Assembly (NCBI RefSeq): GCF_051307035.1
Contig: NZ_CP195536.1
Span: forward strand, 1,950,001-1,982,000
DNA from: Psychrobacter sp. DM4
GTDB taxonomy: Bacteria; Pseudomonadota; Gammaproteobacteria; Pseudomonadales; Moraxellaceae
Reading direction: 5' to 3'
Length of the DNA stretch: 32,000 bases
Shown here: positions 1-8,246 of the stretch, one piece after another
Layout: the number at the start of each line of letters is the position of its first letter
Position numbering within the stretch: position 1 is the stretch's first letter
Notes under the pieces: generated by a model
Databases searched by the model: none
Told to the model about the DNA's origin: nothing
Seen by the model: the letters and a program-made list of their open reading frames with translations, nothing else
Program-made: the position numbers and the translations under genes

Positions 1-649
1 CATAACTGAACAGCAGAGCGAGCAGCACAATAGTACTGATCTCATACCAGCCGTATTGAATGTGAATGAGCGCGAAAACTAAGCTAGTCACTACGCTGGC
101 AACAATAGCGCCGCGTGAACCTCTAAACTGCTCGCTAATCGCTGACCACAAGATACCGCGAAATACCAACTCTTCATAGATAGGCGCTGCGATCACTATC
201 GCAAAGATGAGTAGCCACACAGAGCTCACCGACTGGTACAAAGGGTCGACGAAGACCAGCGGCGTTGCCTCTATCCAATACGTTACTGCCTGACTACCAA
301 GCGCAAACAGCAGTAGCAGCGCGAACATACCTATACTTACGGCAATCGAAAAAGGTTTGAGCGCCAAATACAGTTTGATGCTCCCGCCCTTTGAGCGAAT
401 AACAAATGAAATAACAGTCGTAATAAGTAAACTTGCGATGATAATTGAGACACTCACGACGGTGCCATCGTTACTGCCGATAAAGAAAAGAGTACCAATC
501 GATAGCGTTTTTGCTGCTGGCAAATACAACTTGCCTGCGATATATACGCCTACCAACTGGCTCACAAAAAAGCTCATGACCATACCGATAATCAGCGCGA
601 TTACGCCAAATTTTGAGAATAGTGGTGTAGAAGATTTATATTTCATCAT
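1..649 (-). CDS. CPBP family intramembrane glutamic endopeptidase (CAAX-protease-like); partial, C-terminus lies beyond the window edge
   Basis: Absent from the ORF track because there is no stop in the window. My translation of the minus strand from ATGATGAAA (ATG at 649, second ATG at 646) is uninterrupted to position 1. It gives a multi-TM protein (MMKYKSSTPLFSKFGVIALIIGMVMSFFVSQ...) with CPBP motif 1 EELVFRG (about 175..155) and motif 2 FALIH downstream. The + ORF 357..695 is its antisense shadow. Confidence 0.7.
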   Translation of the reverse strand, partial: MMKYKSSTPLFSKFGVIALIIGMVMSFFVSQLVGVYIAGKLYLPAAKTLSIGTLFFIGSNDGTVVSVSIIIASLLITTVISFVIRSKGGSIKLYLALKPFSIAVSIGMFALLLLFALGSQAVTYWIEATPLVFVDPLYQSVSSVWLLIFAIVIAAPIYEELVFRGILWSAISEQFRGSRGAIVASVVTSLVFALIHIQYGWYEISTIVLLALLFSY

Positions 650-726
650 CTCACTATCAGTAGCGTTTGATACATCAGGCATAATATTTCGATAACATAG
701 TAGTTTGACTCAGAGTATCTTATAAG

Positions 727-762
727 ATACCTACTGGCTATTTATACACCGCCAGTAGGTAT
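727..762 (-). terminator. Perfect 12-bp inverted repeat (atacctactggc / gccagtaggtat, 12-nt loop) downstream of the hydrolase gene; terminator-like hairpin without a good U-tract
   Basis: Read directly: left arm 727-738, right arm 751-762. It lies between the stop of the 782..1675 gene and the start of the CPBP gene. The flanks are not T-rich, so the terminator call is tentative. Confidence 0.35.
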
Positions 763-781
763 AAAAACAATAACTACTGAC

Positions 782-1675
782 CTATTGGGTTTTTAGCTGC
801 TTTGCAATTAGGTCAAGCACTTGCGCGGATACACTATCTGGATACTCAAGGGGGAACATATGACCGCCTTTATGTGTCTCAAAATCTATGCCCAAGCGAG
901 CTTTTATTTTTTGTGGAAATCTACGCTTTAGAAAAATACTCTCCTGCCCAATGATTAACGTAACTGGTGGATTAGGAGCATGATTTGGAGTTAGCCAATA
1001 CAATGAGGGATTAGTGCGAAATACAGCAACTTCGTTTTTTTTGGGAATAGCCAAAGTCACTTTACCATCTGCACGCTCATGTAACCCATGCTCGATATAA
1101 CCCTCAAAGCTACGCTCATCAAAATTCTTAAAAAACCCCTTATTGCGCATTTGCTCATAGGCATCGGCTCGACTATCCCAAACATCACGGCGATGTTTTG
1201 ATATTCCTGAGGGCGACAATTTATCCATCGAACGATTATTCATCATTGGTAATTTATCTACCGTTTTGGCTAGATGCATCAGAAAATTGCTACGTCCATA
1301 TATCAAAGGCGGATCCATGAGTACCGCCTGATTAAAGCGTTTGGGCGCTCGGTACAGTGCTTGCAAAGTACACATTGCTCCTAATGAATGACCGACAGCA
1401 ACAAGCTGCTCTACGCCGTGCTCTCGGCAAGTACGCTCAACACTATCTATAACCTGCTGGGTGAGACGACGCCAATGATCATCGACAGGATAATCAGGCT
1501 CAGCGCCCAACATAGGAATGTATTCAACCGTAAAAAACTCACTTAAACCTGCAAAAAAAGGCTCGTAAACTGCGCTTGGCATGCCATTAGCATGAGCAAA
1601 ATGTAGGATAGGTTTTTGAGTTTTAGTCGATATCGGTAGCGAGGCAAAGGTTTGCGAGTTGATGGTACTCATCAT
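782..1675 (-). CDS. alpha/beta-fold hydrolase
   Basis: 297-aa ORF with the nucleophile elbow GHSLG (VAVGHSLGAM) and a C-terminal catalytic-His context (HKGGHMFPLE). The size is typical of the alpha/beta hydrolase fold. Confidence 0.8.
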   Translation of the reverse strand: MMSTINSQTFASLPISTKTQKPILHFAHANGMPSAVYEPFFAGLSEFFTVEYIPMLGAEPDYPVDDHWRRLTQQVIDSVERTCREHGVEQLVAVGHSLGAMCTLQALYRAPKRFNQAVLMDPPLIYGRSNFLMHLAKTVDKLPMMNNRSMDKLSPSGISKHRRDVWDSRADAYEQMRNKGFFKNFDERSFEGYIEHGLHERADGKVTLAIPKKNEVAVFRTNPSLYWLTPNHAPNPPVTLIIGQESIFLKRRFPQKIKARLGIDFETHKGGHMFPLEYPDSVSAQVLDLIAKQLKTQ

Positions 1676-1772
1676 AGGGCGCTCTTGTGGTTTTTGTTGA
1701 TATCAAACATAGAATTATAGACTAAATTGAACAGTGATAACCCTGAAATTTCGTTGAGGTTAAGATAGATGC

Positions 1773-1806
1773 AAAAAAGGCTGAACATTTTTAGTTCAGC
1801 CTTTTT
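1773..1806 (-). terminator. Rho-independent terminator after sppA (bidirectional architecture)
   Basis: Stem ggctgaac (1779-1786) / gttcagcc (1794-1801) with a 7-nt loop, flanked by A6 on the left and T5 on the right. Confidence 0.7.
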
Positions 1807-1833
1807 GTAGCTCAGTGAGTGTTGAGAACAATA

Positions 1834-2883
1834 CTAGCGCATCTCAGCATTGCCTTCTTGCTGCGGTAGTAGGTCGAGATTAACGCTTGAGCCGATACCT
1901 GCCCCTAATTTTATAGCAAAACGATCCATAAGCGACTGGAACGGATCTATTGGCGTATAGTTGACGACATTATCAAGCTCTAACTGCTTCTCTAAACTTG
2001 CTATACTGCCTTTTTTATCTGCCAATCCTAGTGCTATCGACTGCTCGCCTGACCAAAACAAACCTGAGAACAGCTCATTTTCTTCTGGATTTTTTAGACG
2101 ATCGCCGCGACCTTGTTTGACCGCATCGATGAAGTGCTTATGGGTATTAGCCAATACGCCTTCAACGTGCTGTTCCTCATAGTCTGATAGCGGGCGCGAT
2201 AAGCTGAGTATATCTTTGTACTTACCGGCTGTGATCGTACGATCTTCTACGCCAACTTTTTCCATCAGTCCTTCGATGTTATAACTGGGTAAGATAACCC
2301 CAATAGACCCTACCAAACTTGAAGGATTGACATAGATCTCATCTGCCGCTGAAGCGATATAATAAGCACCAGAAGCACCGATATCACCAATGACCGCATA
2401 GAGCTTTTTGTCAGGGTACTCAGCACGCAAGTCAATCATCGTCTGCCAGATCTCATCAGACTGAACGGGTGAACCACCAGGCGAATTGATATCTAATGCT
2501 ACCGCTTTGGAATTAGGATTTTCAAAAGCGCGAGTCAAAGCTTCATTGATATCATAAGCATTGGCCACATCAGCATTGCTGATAACGCCTTGTAACTCCA
2601 CTACTGCTAAATGTGGACCACTGGTGTTGATACCATCGATACCTGTAGGTTTGTCGCTGCTACAACCGCGGCTAAAGGTCAAAAGGATAAATAAAATATA
2701 GCCAAAAGTGAGTAACTTAAAAAAGATACTCCAGCGCCGCGCTCGACGTTGTTCTTGCACACTGGCTAATAGGGTTTTTTCGATAAGACGCCATTCTTGT
2801 CCGTTCGGTTGCTGCGGCACCTGCTGTAACGGATTTGCCGCGTTGTCGGAACGTTTGTTAGGATCTGGTGGCCAGTTGGGCAT
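1834..2883 (-). CDS. sppA: S49 family signal peptide peptidase (SppA 36K / SohB-like)
   Basis: 349 aa with an N-terminal TM segment (WSIFFKLLTFGYILFILLTF) and an S49 core (INSPGGSPVQS ... GDIGASGAYYIASAADEIYVNPSSLVGSIGV). Confidence 0.85.
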   Translation of the reverse strand: MPNWPPDPNKRSDNAANPLQQVPQQPNGQEWRLIEKTLLASVQEQRRARRWSIFFKLLTFGYILFILLTFSRGCSSDKPTGIDGINTSGPHLAVVELQGVISNADVANAYDINEALTRAFENPNSKAVALDINSPGGSPVQSDEIWQTMIDLRAEYPDKKLYAVIGDIGASGAYYIASAADEIYVNPSSLVGSIGVILPSYNIEGLMEKVGVEDRTITAGKYKDILSLSRPLSDYEEQHVEGVLANTHKHFIDAVKQGRGDRLKNPEENELFSGLFWSGEQSIALGLADKKGSIASLEKQLELDNVVNYTPIDPFQSLMDRFAIKLGAGIGSSVNLDLLPQQEGNAEMR

Positions 2884-3143
2884 ATGACTTCCTAGGTTGA
2901 TAACACGCTAAACAATAAAGATCAGCTACGATCATGGTGGCATTCTACTCTTGGTTCAATAGCTTGGCTATGAGAAACTCTAAATTCTCACGTTTATATT
3001 GAAATTTTGTGACCTACGATTTCCTGTCGAATATTGAGTCGTTAAACCGATGCTTAACATTTGGAGGGCATTATTTAAGGAAAATTGTTTAAAGGTCATC
3101 GTTTGTAGATAATCGTTTACAAATAGTCATCTAAGAACCTTCA

Positions 3144-6062
3144 TTAGCGGTCATCAAGAGCAAGCGCTGCTGGCAAGGACGCACCATCGTAAGTCAGTGA
3201 CTCTGTGATTTGATACTGAGCCAATATCTCAGTAGTGACCTGTGAGCTACTATGACTTAGCCAAGTGACTAGGTCGCCAGAAGCCTTGGCAGTAGCAAAA
3301 GACTTAGCATCGCAAAGCAGTGACCACATTTGCCAAGTGCGCTTGTGAGTCGCCACATCAAGTACGATACGTGCCTGCGACTTACTGGGCAGCGCACTAT
3401 CAGTGAATCCTTTATTGCTAGAATGCTGATTTGTAGATAACTGCGGCGACTGTAGAGGATTGCTAGGATTGTAGCGCACGACTTTGATAGGCCTACGGCT
3501 GTTAAGTGCGATAGTGCAGTCCCATACACTAGCATCATCAATCTCATTCCAGCCTGTCAGCGCCTCGATAGACAGCTCTTTATTTGCCATCTGCCATGTC
3601 TTTTCAGCTCCGCACTGCTGCGCCGTTATACGCGTATCATTGTCTTTTATTTTAGGTTTTAATGCTTTGTCCGCTCGCTTTTTGTCTGTCCAAAGATTAT
3701 AGCGACCTGCTTGCCAATACTGGCTGACAGGCATACTTTGGACAAGTGCATCGACAGTTCTAGGTAGCAGCTCATCAAATGCAGCGCTGGAGGTAGTGTT
3801 TATATCGATAGCGCTGGTTTGCACCACGATGCCATCCAAACGTTTGATAGAGAGCGTACGTAGCTGCTGATCTAAGCTTGCAGATAGCTTCTGAGCATTG
3901 AGTGCACTTTGACTACTACGGGTATGACGCGCACGATGATCAGCCAAAAACAACCAATGGCTAGTACTCTGATCGGTCGCAGAGTAGCGCAGTATAGCAG
4001 CGCTTAGATACTCATCTCCTGTTGGTAACACATACAGGGTTGGCAGTTGTGCTAGCGTTTGCGCGTTGGCATAAATCGTCATGATCAAAAGCGTCAACGG
4101 CGGTAGCGCAAGTACTCGGCTAATCAGACCACGAGGTAACAGCCAAGGCAATATCACAAGAAATGCTATGAATAATATAGCCGCATTCACTGGTGTATAT
4201 AGCCACGCATCAAGCAGTGCAGGTAGTGAAGTCAGCCATAATAGTAGCTTATGCAAGCCTAGCACCAGCATGCTCACCTGCGTCCAAATCACGTCCGCTA
4301 CAGTAGGTACAATGAGATAGCACAGCCCTGCTAATAAATTCAGCGGCACAATAACCCAGCCGAATAAACCGATAGCGAACAGGTTAACGATGAGCCCCCA
4401 CAGTGACGCCTTACCGAAAAGTAATAGAGTTACAGGTAATAAGGCGATAAATAACCAACACTGAAGTTTAAATAAGCGCTTAAAAGCAAATACAAACTGA
4501 GACGCTATTTTGCGCTTTTGCGTCTCATTACCTTTGATAGAGTTGGGTTTGAGCTGCGAATGCTTGGTTTGAGAAAAGCCTGACACTGCTTTAGCTTGCA
4601 ATACGTAAGCATCATCATACTTGAGTAATAATGCGACAGCGATGAACGATAGCCAGTATCCCGCTTGCCACAACACATAAGGGTCGATCCACGCCATAAT
4701 GATGGCCAAGGCAAGTAATACGCGCAAAGTACTTATCGGTAGCAAAGTCAAACGCACAAACCCTATAGCCAACAACGTCCAAGCAGTACGCGCAGCAGGC
4801 ACATCAAATCCTGTAAATAGCGCGTAGATAAATGCAGCGCTGATCATCATATACCAGCGTACTTGCCAGCGCGGCAAATAGCGATAAAGCGTTGGCCAGT
4901 GACGATCGACTATGAAAGTCGCTAAGCCTGCCATCACAATCGCTAAGAACAACACATGGGTGCCCGAGATTGCTAATAGATGAGAGATACCTGCTAGCTG
5001 GTACAAGTCTTTAGTGCTGCGATTAATTAAGCTGCGATCGCCGGTGAGCAGACTTAGTGTTACCGCATTCGCTTGTTGTAGCGCCTCTGATTGTGTCTCC
5101 CAATCTTGATAAAAATGCTGACGCAGTTGCCAACGTTTTTTATCAATACGAGTGCGAAAACGTTCAAGATAAGACGTCGATTGTCGAGTTTCAATCGCTG
5201 AAGGCTCTGTGATATTCGCTGAAGGCTCTATGGTAATCGCTGAAGGCTCTGTGATATTCGCTGAAGGCTCTATGGTAATCGCTGAAGGCTCTGTGATATT
5301 CGCTATAGGCTCGCCTATCAATCCAATAGCGGCTACCCCATCGATATGGCGACCGCGTAACCAGCGATAGCTATCAAAACCTGAGGGGTTATTCATAGCC
5401 TCCTCAGAGGTCGCAAGCGGCGACAAGGTCAAGCTCATAAATAGCTGGTCGCCTGGACGTAGATCGTTCAGACTATCAAGAGCATCTGAGGACTCTCTTG
5501 GGTAAGCGTTGAGCAATACTTTGTACGTTGATGTTTGAGTAGGATCTTGGCTACTATTCACGTCAGAAAACGAGGTACGGGTTAACTCAGCCGCTGTTAT
5601 GTCAGAGACTAGTGGAGATAGATCACTGATCGTTGCGACTTGACGGTAGCTGCTATTGGTCGCCGCATTATAAACACTGTCGCTCACGCCTTCGATAGTA
5701 ACCAGTGCTTTGATACGTAGGGTGTCAGTAATTTTTGTGCTTTCTGCTTGCTGATACTGACTAATGGCTTGTAACGCACTACCTGCGATGACGGCGATAG
5801 TAAGTCCTGTGATCATTACATAATAAAAGAGACTGTATACAGCCTTAGAGGACTTTTTAGAAACGTATAAATGAGTAGGATATGCAATTAGTGCACTATG
5901 CCGTGCTGTCAAAAACAATAGTATGGCAGCTAGAAAAAACACAGACAGTGACGAATATGCTGACGTAATTACTAACGTTATAGGCGTAGATGCTAGGCTA
6001 CTTGCAACTGCCAAGACTCCGAGCATAACCCCTATAATAAGAGTGCCTATCAGCCAATACAC
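3144..6062 (-). CDS. comEC: DNA internalization-related competence protein ComEC/Rec2
   Basis: 972 aa. N-terminal TM plus OB-like region (NPSGFDSYRWLRGRHIDG), then the polytopic competence domain with the signature AGISHLLAISGTHVLF, then a long C-terminal soluble domain. GTG start at 6062 is preceded by TAAGGAG with 5-nt spacing. Confidence 0.9.
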   Translation of the reverse strand: MYWLIGTLIIGVMLGVLAVASSLASTPITLVITSAYSSLSVFFLAAILLFLTARHSALIAYPTHLYVSKKSSKAVYSLFYYVMITGLTIAVIAGSALQAISQYQQAESTKITDTLRIKALVTIEGVSDSVYNAATNSSYRQVATISDLSPLVSDITAAELTRTSFSDVNSSQDPTQTSTYKVLLNAYPRESSDALDSLNDLRPGDQLFMSLTLSPLATSEEAMNNPSGFDSYRWLRGRHIDGVAAIGLIGEPIANITEPSAITIEPSANITEPSAITIEPSANITEPSAIETRQSTSYLERFRTRIDKKRWQLRQHFYQDWETQSEALQQANAVTLSLLTGDRSLINRSTKDLYQLAGISHLLAISGTHVLFLAIVMAGLATFIVDRHWPTLYRYLPRWQVRWYMMISAAFIYALFTGFDVPAARTAWTLLAIGFVRLTLLPISTLRVLLALAIIMAWIDPYVLWQAGYWLSFIAVALLLKYDDAYVLQAKAVSGFSQTKHSQLKPNSIKGNETQKRKIASQFVFAFKRLFKLQCWLFIALLPVTLLLFGKASLWGLIVNLFAIGLFGWVIVPLNLLAGLCYLIVPTVADVIWTQVSMLVLGLHKLLLWLTSLPALLDAWLYTPVNAAILFIAFLVILPWLLPRGLISRVLALPPLTLLIMTIYANAQTLAQLPTLYVLPTGDEYLSAAILRYSATDQSTSHWLFLADHRARHTRSSQSALNAQKLSASLDQQLRTLSIKRLDGIVVQTSAIDINTTSSAAFDELLPRTVDALVQSMPVSQYWQAGRYNLWTDKKRADKALKPKIKDNDTRITAQQCGAEKTWQMANKELSIEALTGWNEIDDASVWDCTIALNSRRPIKVVRYNPSNPLQSPQLSTNQHSSNKGFTDSALPSKSQARIVLDVATHKRTWQMWSLLCDAKSFATAKASGDLVTWLSHSSSQVTTEILAQYQITESLTYDGASLPAALALDDR
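5187..5312 (-). repeat. In-frame tandem repeat inside comEC: six 21-bp units (alternating two variants, effectively a 42-bp unit) encoding EPIANIT-EPSAITI-EPSANIT-EPSAITI-EPSANIT-EPSAIET
   Basis: On the + strand, gctgaaggctctgtgatattc / gctgaaggctctatggtaatc alternate perfectly from 5197 to 5301. Degenerate copies sit at both ends. Confidence 0.95.
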
Positions 6063-6074
6063 TTACGCTCCTTA

Positions 6075-6119
6075 CTTAGTGATTCGTTGCTTAGTGATTC
6101 GTTGCTTAATCATTCGTTG
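6075..6119 (-). repeat. 15-bp tandem repeat x3 in the comEC 5' leader, directly abutting the Shine-Dalgarno sequence
   Basis: + strand: cttagtgattcgttg (6075-6089), cttagtgattcgttg (6090-6104), cttaatcattcgttg (6105-6119), with a possible fourth degenerate copy after 6120. On the coding strand this reads CAACGAATGATTAAG CAACGAATCACTAAG CAACGAATCACTAAG TAAGGAGCGTAAGTG. Confidence 0.95.
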
Positions 6120-6450
6120 CTGGATGATTGAGATAGGGAAGTAATCTATCCTTTGCCTTAAAGCAACTCTATCTGATAGTCGTTTTCTTTGAGTAGTCAC
6201 TAGCTTTGGGCTATAGAATATCAGGCATATTGACTTGGTGACAAGTATTCTCCAAACTTACGTCGTCCCATACCCCACTATAATAGCAATTTTTTTGTAT
6301 TTCCCTACACTCGTTATCGTGTTAAGGTTATGGGCGTATTCTCGTTCTTACATTGATAAATGTCCTAGGCATATGCCATTCATAACCTCGTTGCATACCA
6401 GCCTCTCGTTAGACGTTGAGCAGGCTTAAATTATAATCAAAGGCGGGCCT

Positions 6451-7026
6451 GTGTCTCAAAAACGTCTCAAAAACCTGCTACCCACGCCTGAAAAAATTCT
6501 AGAAAGCCGAATACTGAAGCTGTTTGCGCCGCATTTAGCAGACGCTCGGCTATGGCATTTTAACCGCCATAGTCTCAATAAAGCAGTATACATCGGTGTC
6601 TTGAGTGCTTTTTTTCCGCTGCCAGGTCAGATGTTATTGGCACTCATAGGCGCGCTAATATTTCGTGCCAATGTGCCAATGGCGCTTGGTCTGACGTGGA
6701 TTACCAATCCGCTCACTACCCTGCCTGTATTTTATGCAGGCTACTATATTGGTGCTAGAATTATTGATGTACCGATGATCAGTCTGAGACTGATAGGAAG
6801 GATGATTGCAGATTTTAGCTTGTGGATATTATCGAGCGGCGCTAACCCCTTTGTAACTTACAAGGGATCAGTCTCTATAGCGGCACTTTGTTTGGGTTTG
6901 ACGATACTCGCTATTATTAGTAGTATTATTTGCGGTTTAGCATTCAAAGCCATTTGGCGCTACAAGACCGTAAGTAGCTGGCAAAATCGTCAACGACTAA
7001 GAGCCAAAAAAAACCCTAAGCTGTAA
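6451..7026 (+). CDS. DUF2062 domain-containing membrane protein
   Basis: 191 aa with a GTG start. The N-terminus (LPTPEKILESRILKLFAPHLADARLWHFNRHSLNKAVYIGVLSAFFPLPGQMLL ... ITNPLT) matches my memory of DUF2062. This family classically sits between comEC and lolD in gammaproteobacteria. Confidence 0.7.
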   Translation: MSQKRLKNLLPTPEKILESRILKLFAPHLADARLWHFNRHSLNKAVYIGVLSAFFPLPGQMLLALIGALIFRANVPMALGLTWITNPLTTLPVFYAGYYIGARIIDVPMISLRLIGRMIADFSLWILSSGANPFVTYKGSVSIAALCLGLTILAIISSIICGLAFKAIWRYKTVSSWQNRQRLRAKKNPKL

Positions 7027-7070
7027 GGTTTCAATCATGGCCTTAGTCAAGTTCAATTCGTCTAAATGTC

Positions 7071-7379
7071 TTAGCTTTTTTGCGTTTTATTGATTGCATC
7101 AACAACCAAGTCTGAAAAATTAGTCTCCATAAATAGCACCGTAACGACCTCACCATTTTTGGTGAGCGTATAACGCATCTTGCCAGTGGTACTGGTTTGA
7201 GCATTTAAATCGTAGTCCACACCACCCAAAGTAATCGCATCAAATACCGCAGTCAGCATCTTTATCTGACTATCTCTGTCTACTATATCGTAGAGGGTTG
7301 GATCTAGATAAGGCTTTAGCGGATCATTACCTTCTTCAGCACTACCAAAAGCTGCAATCGGATCCTCGTAATTAAACAT
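7071..7379 (-). CDS. hypothetical small acidic protein (102 aa)
   Basis: Clean ORF with no overlapping alternative. No signal peptide, TM segment or motif I recognise. Coding status rests on ORF length in an AT-rich context only. Confidence 0.5.
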   Translation of the reverse strand: MFNYEDPIAAFGSAEEGNDPLKPYLDPTLYDIVDRDSQIKMLTAVFDAITLGGVDYDLNAQTSTTGKMRYTLTKNGEVVTVLFMETNFSDLVVDAINKTQKS

Positions 7380-7501
7380 GATAGTTATCCTTTATGTTAT
7401 TTAAGTTGGCATAGCGCTATTGTTGGCAAAATTCTACTCAGTACGATGTTATATCGTTTAACACAAGTTAAACTAGCTGGCACAGGTCAGATGAGCTAAT
7501 A

Positions 7502-8182
7502 CTAGTAAGTCTCCCAATGACCATTGCGTAGTAATAGCTGGCGATCAGCGAGCGCGGCAAGGTTACGATCATGCGTGACCATAAGCAGTGCTGTTTGCAT
7601 AGTACTCTGTAATTCTGAGAGCATACCAAACACGCTTTGAGCATTGTCATAGTCCAAGTTACCCGTTGGCTCATCAGCGAGTATCAATGAAGGCTTAGTC
7701 ACCAAAGCACGAGCGATAGCAACGCGTTGGCGCTCCCCGCCCGATAACTCTCCTGGCCTGTGATTAAGACGATGATCTAATCCGACGTTGTTAAGAATAT
7801 CAATAGCCTGCGCGCGAGCATCAGTTGTCGAGACTTTTGGACGCATCAGTAGCGGCATAGCGACATTCTCGACTGCGGTAAACTCCGCCAATAGATGATG
7901 AAACTGATAAATAAACCCCAAGTATTGGTTACGCATCAACCCGCGCTCTGTCTCATTCATATGGTTTAGGCATTTGCCATGTAACCATACCTCACCACTG
8001 GTTGGCGTGTCGAGACCACCCAATAGATGGAGCAAAGTGCTTTTGCCTGAGCCACTAGTACCGACGATAGCGATACGCTCGCCTGCATTGACGGTTAGAT
8101 CTAGACCCGTCAATACTTGAGTACGTACAGCCCCTTCATCGTATATTTTGCTAATGTTGGTCGCCTCTAAAATGGCAGACAT
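7502..8182 (-). CDS. lolD: lipoprotein-releasing ABC transporter ATP-binding protein LolD
   Basis: Walker A GTSGSGKST, ABC signature LSGGERQR, Walker B LILADEPT. It lies immediately downstream of a LolC/E-type permease. Confidence 0.9.
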   Translation of the reverse strand: MSAILEATNISKIYDEGAVRTQVLTGLDLTVNAGERIAIVGTSGSGKSTLLHLLGGLDTPTSGEVWLHGKCLNHMNETERGLMRNQYLGFIYQFHHLLAEFTAVENVAMPLLMRPKVSTTDARAQAIDILNNVGLDHRLNHRPGELSGGERQRVAIARALVTKPSLILADEPTGNLDYDNAQSVFGMLSELQSTMQTALLMVTHDRNLAALADRQLLLRNGHWETY

Positions 8183-8246
8183 AGCGCTTCCTTTATAGTT
8201 ATTCTTGTCGGTTAAAGTAACCCTTTAATAAGAGTGGTGGCACATA

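Noticed and set aside
357-695. 112-aa + strand ORF from the track
   Set aside because: It is low-complexity and lies antisense to a much better minus-strand reading frame carrying CPBP protease motifs (EELVFRG, FALIH). I treat it as a shadow ORF.
5923-6144. 73-aa + ORF containing YLVIRCLVIRCLIIRC
   Set aside because: The repetitive peptide is simply the 15-bp leader repeat read in frame. The ORF overlaps the comEC start on the opposite strand.
6368-6377. 10-bp palindrome ggcatatgcc upstream of the DUF2062 gene
   Set aside because: Perfect 10-bp palindromes are expected dozens of times by chance in 32 kb, and nothing in the context supports it.
6235-6429. 64-aa TTG-initiated ORF in the comEC/DUF2062 divergent region
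   Set aside because: It has a non-ATG start, no Shine-Dalgarno sequence and an odd composition. The region is more plausibly promoter DNA.
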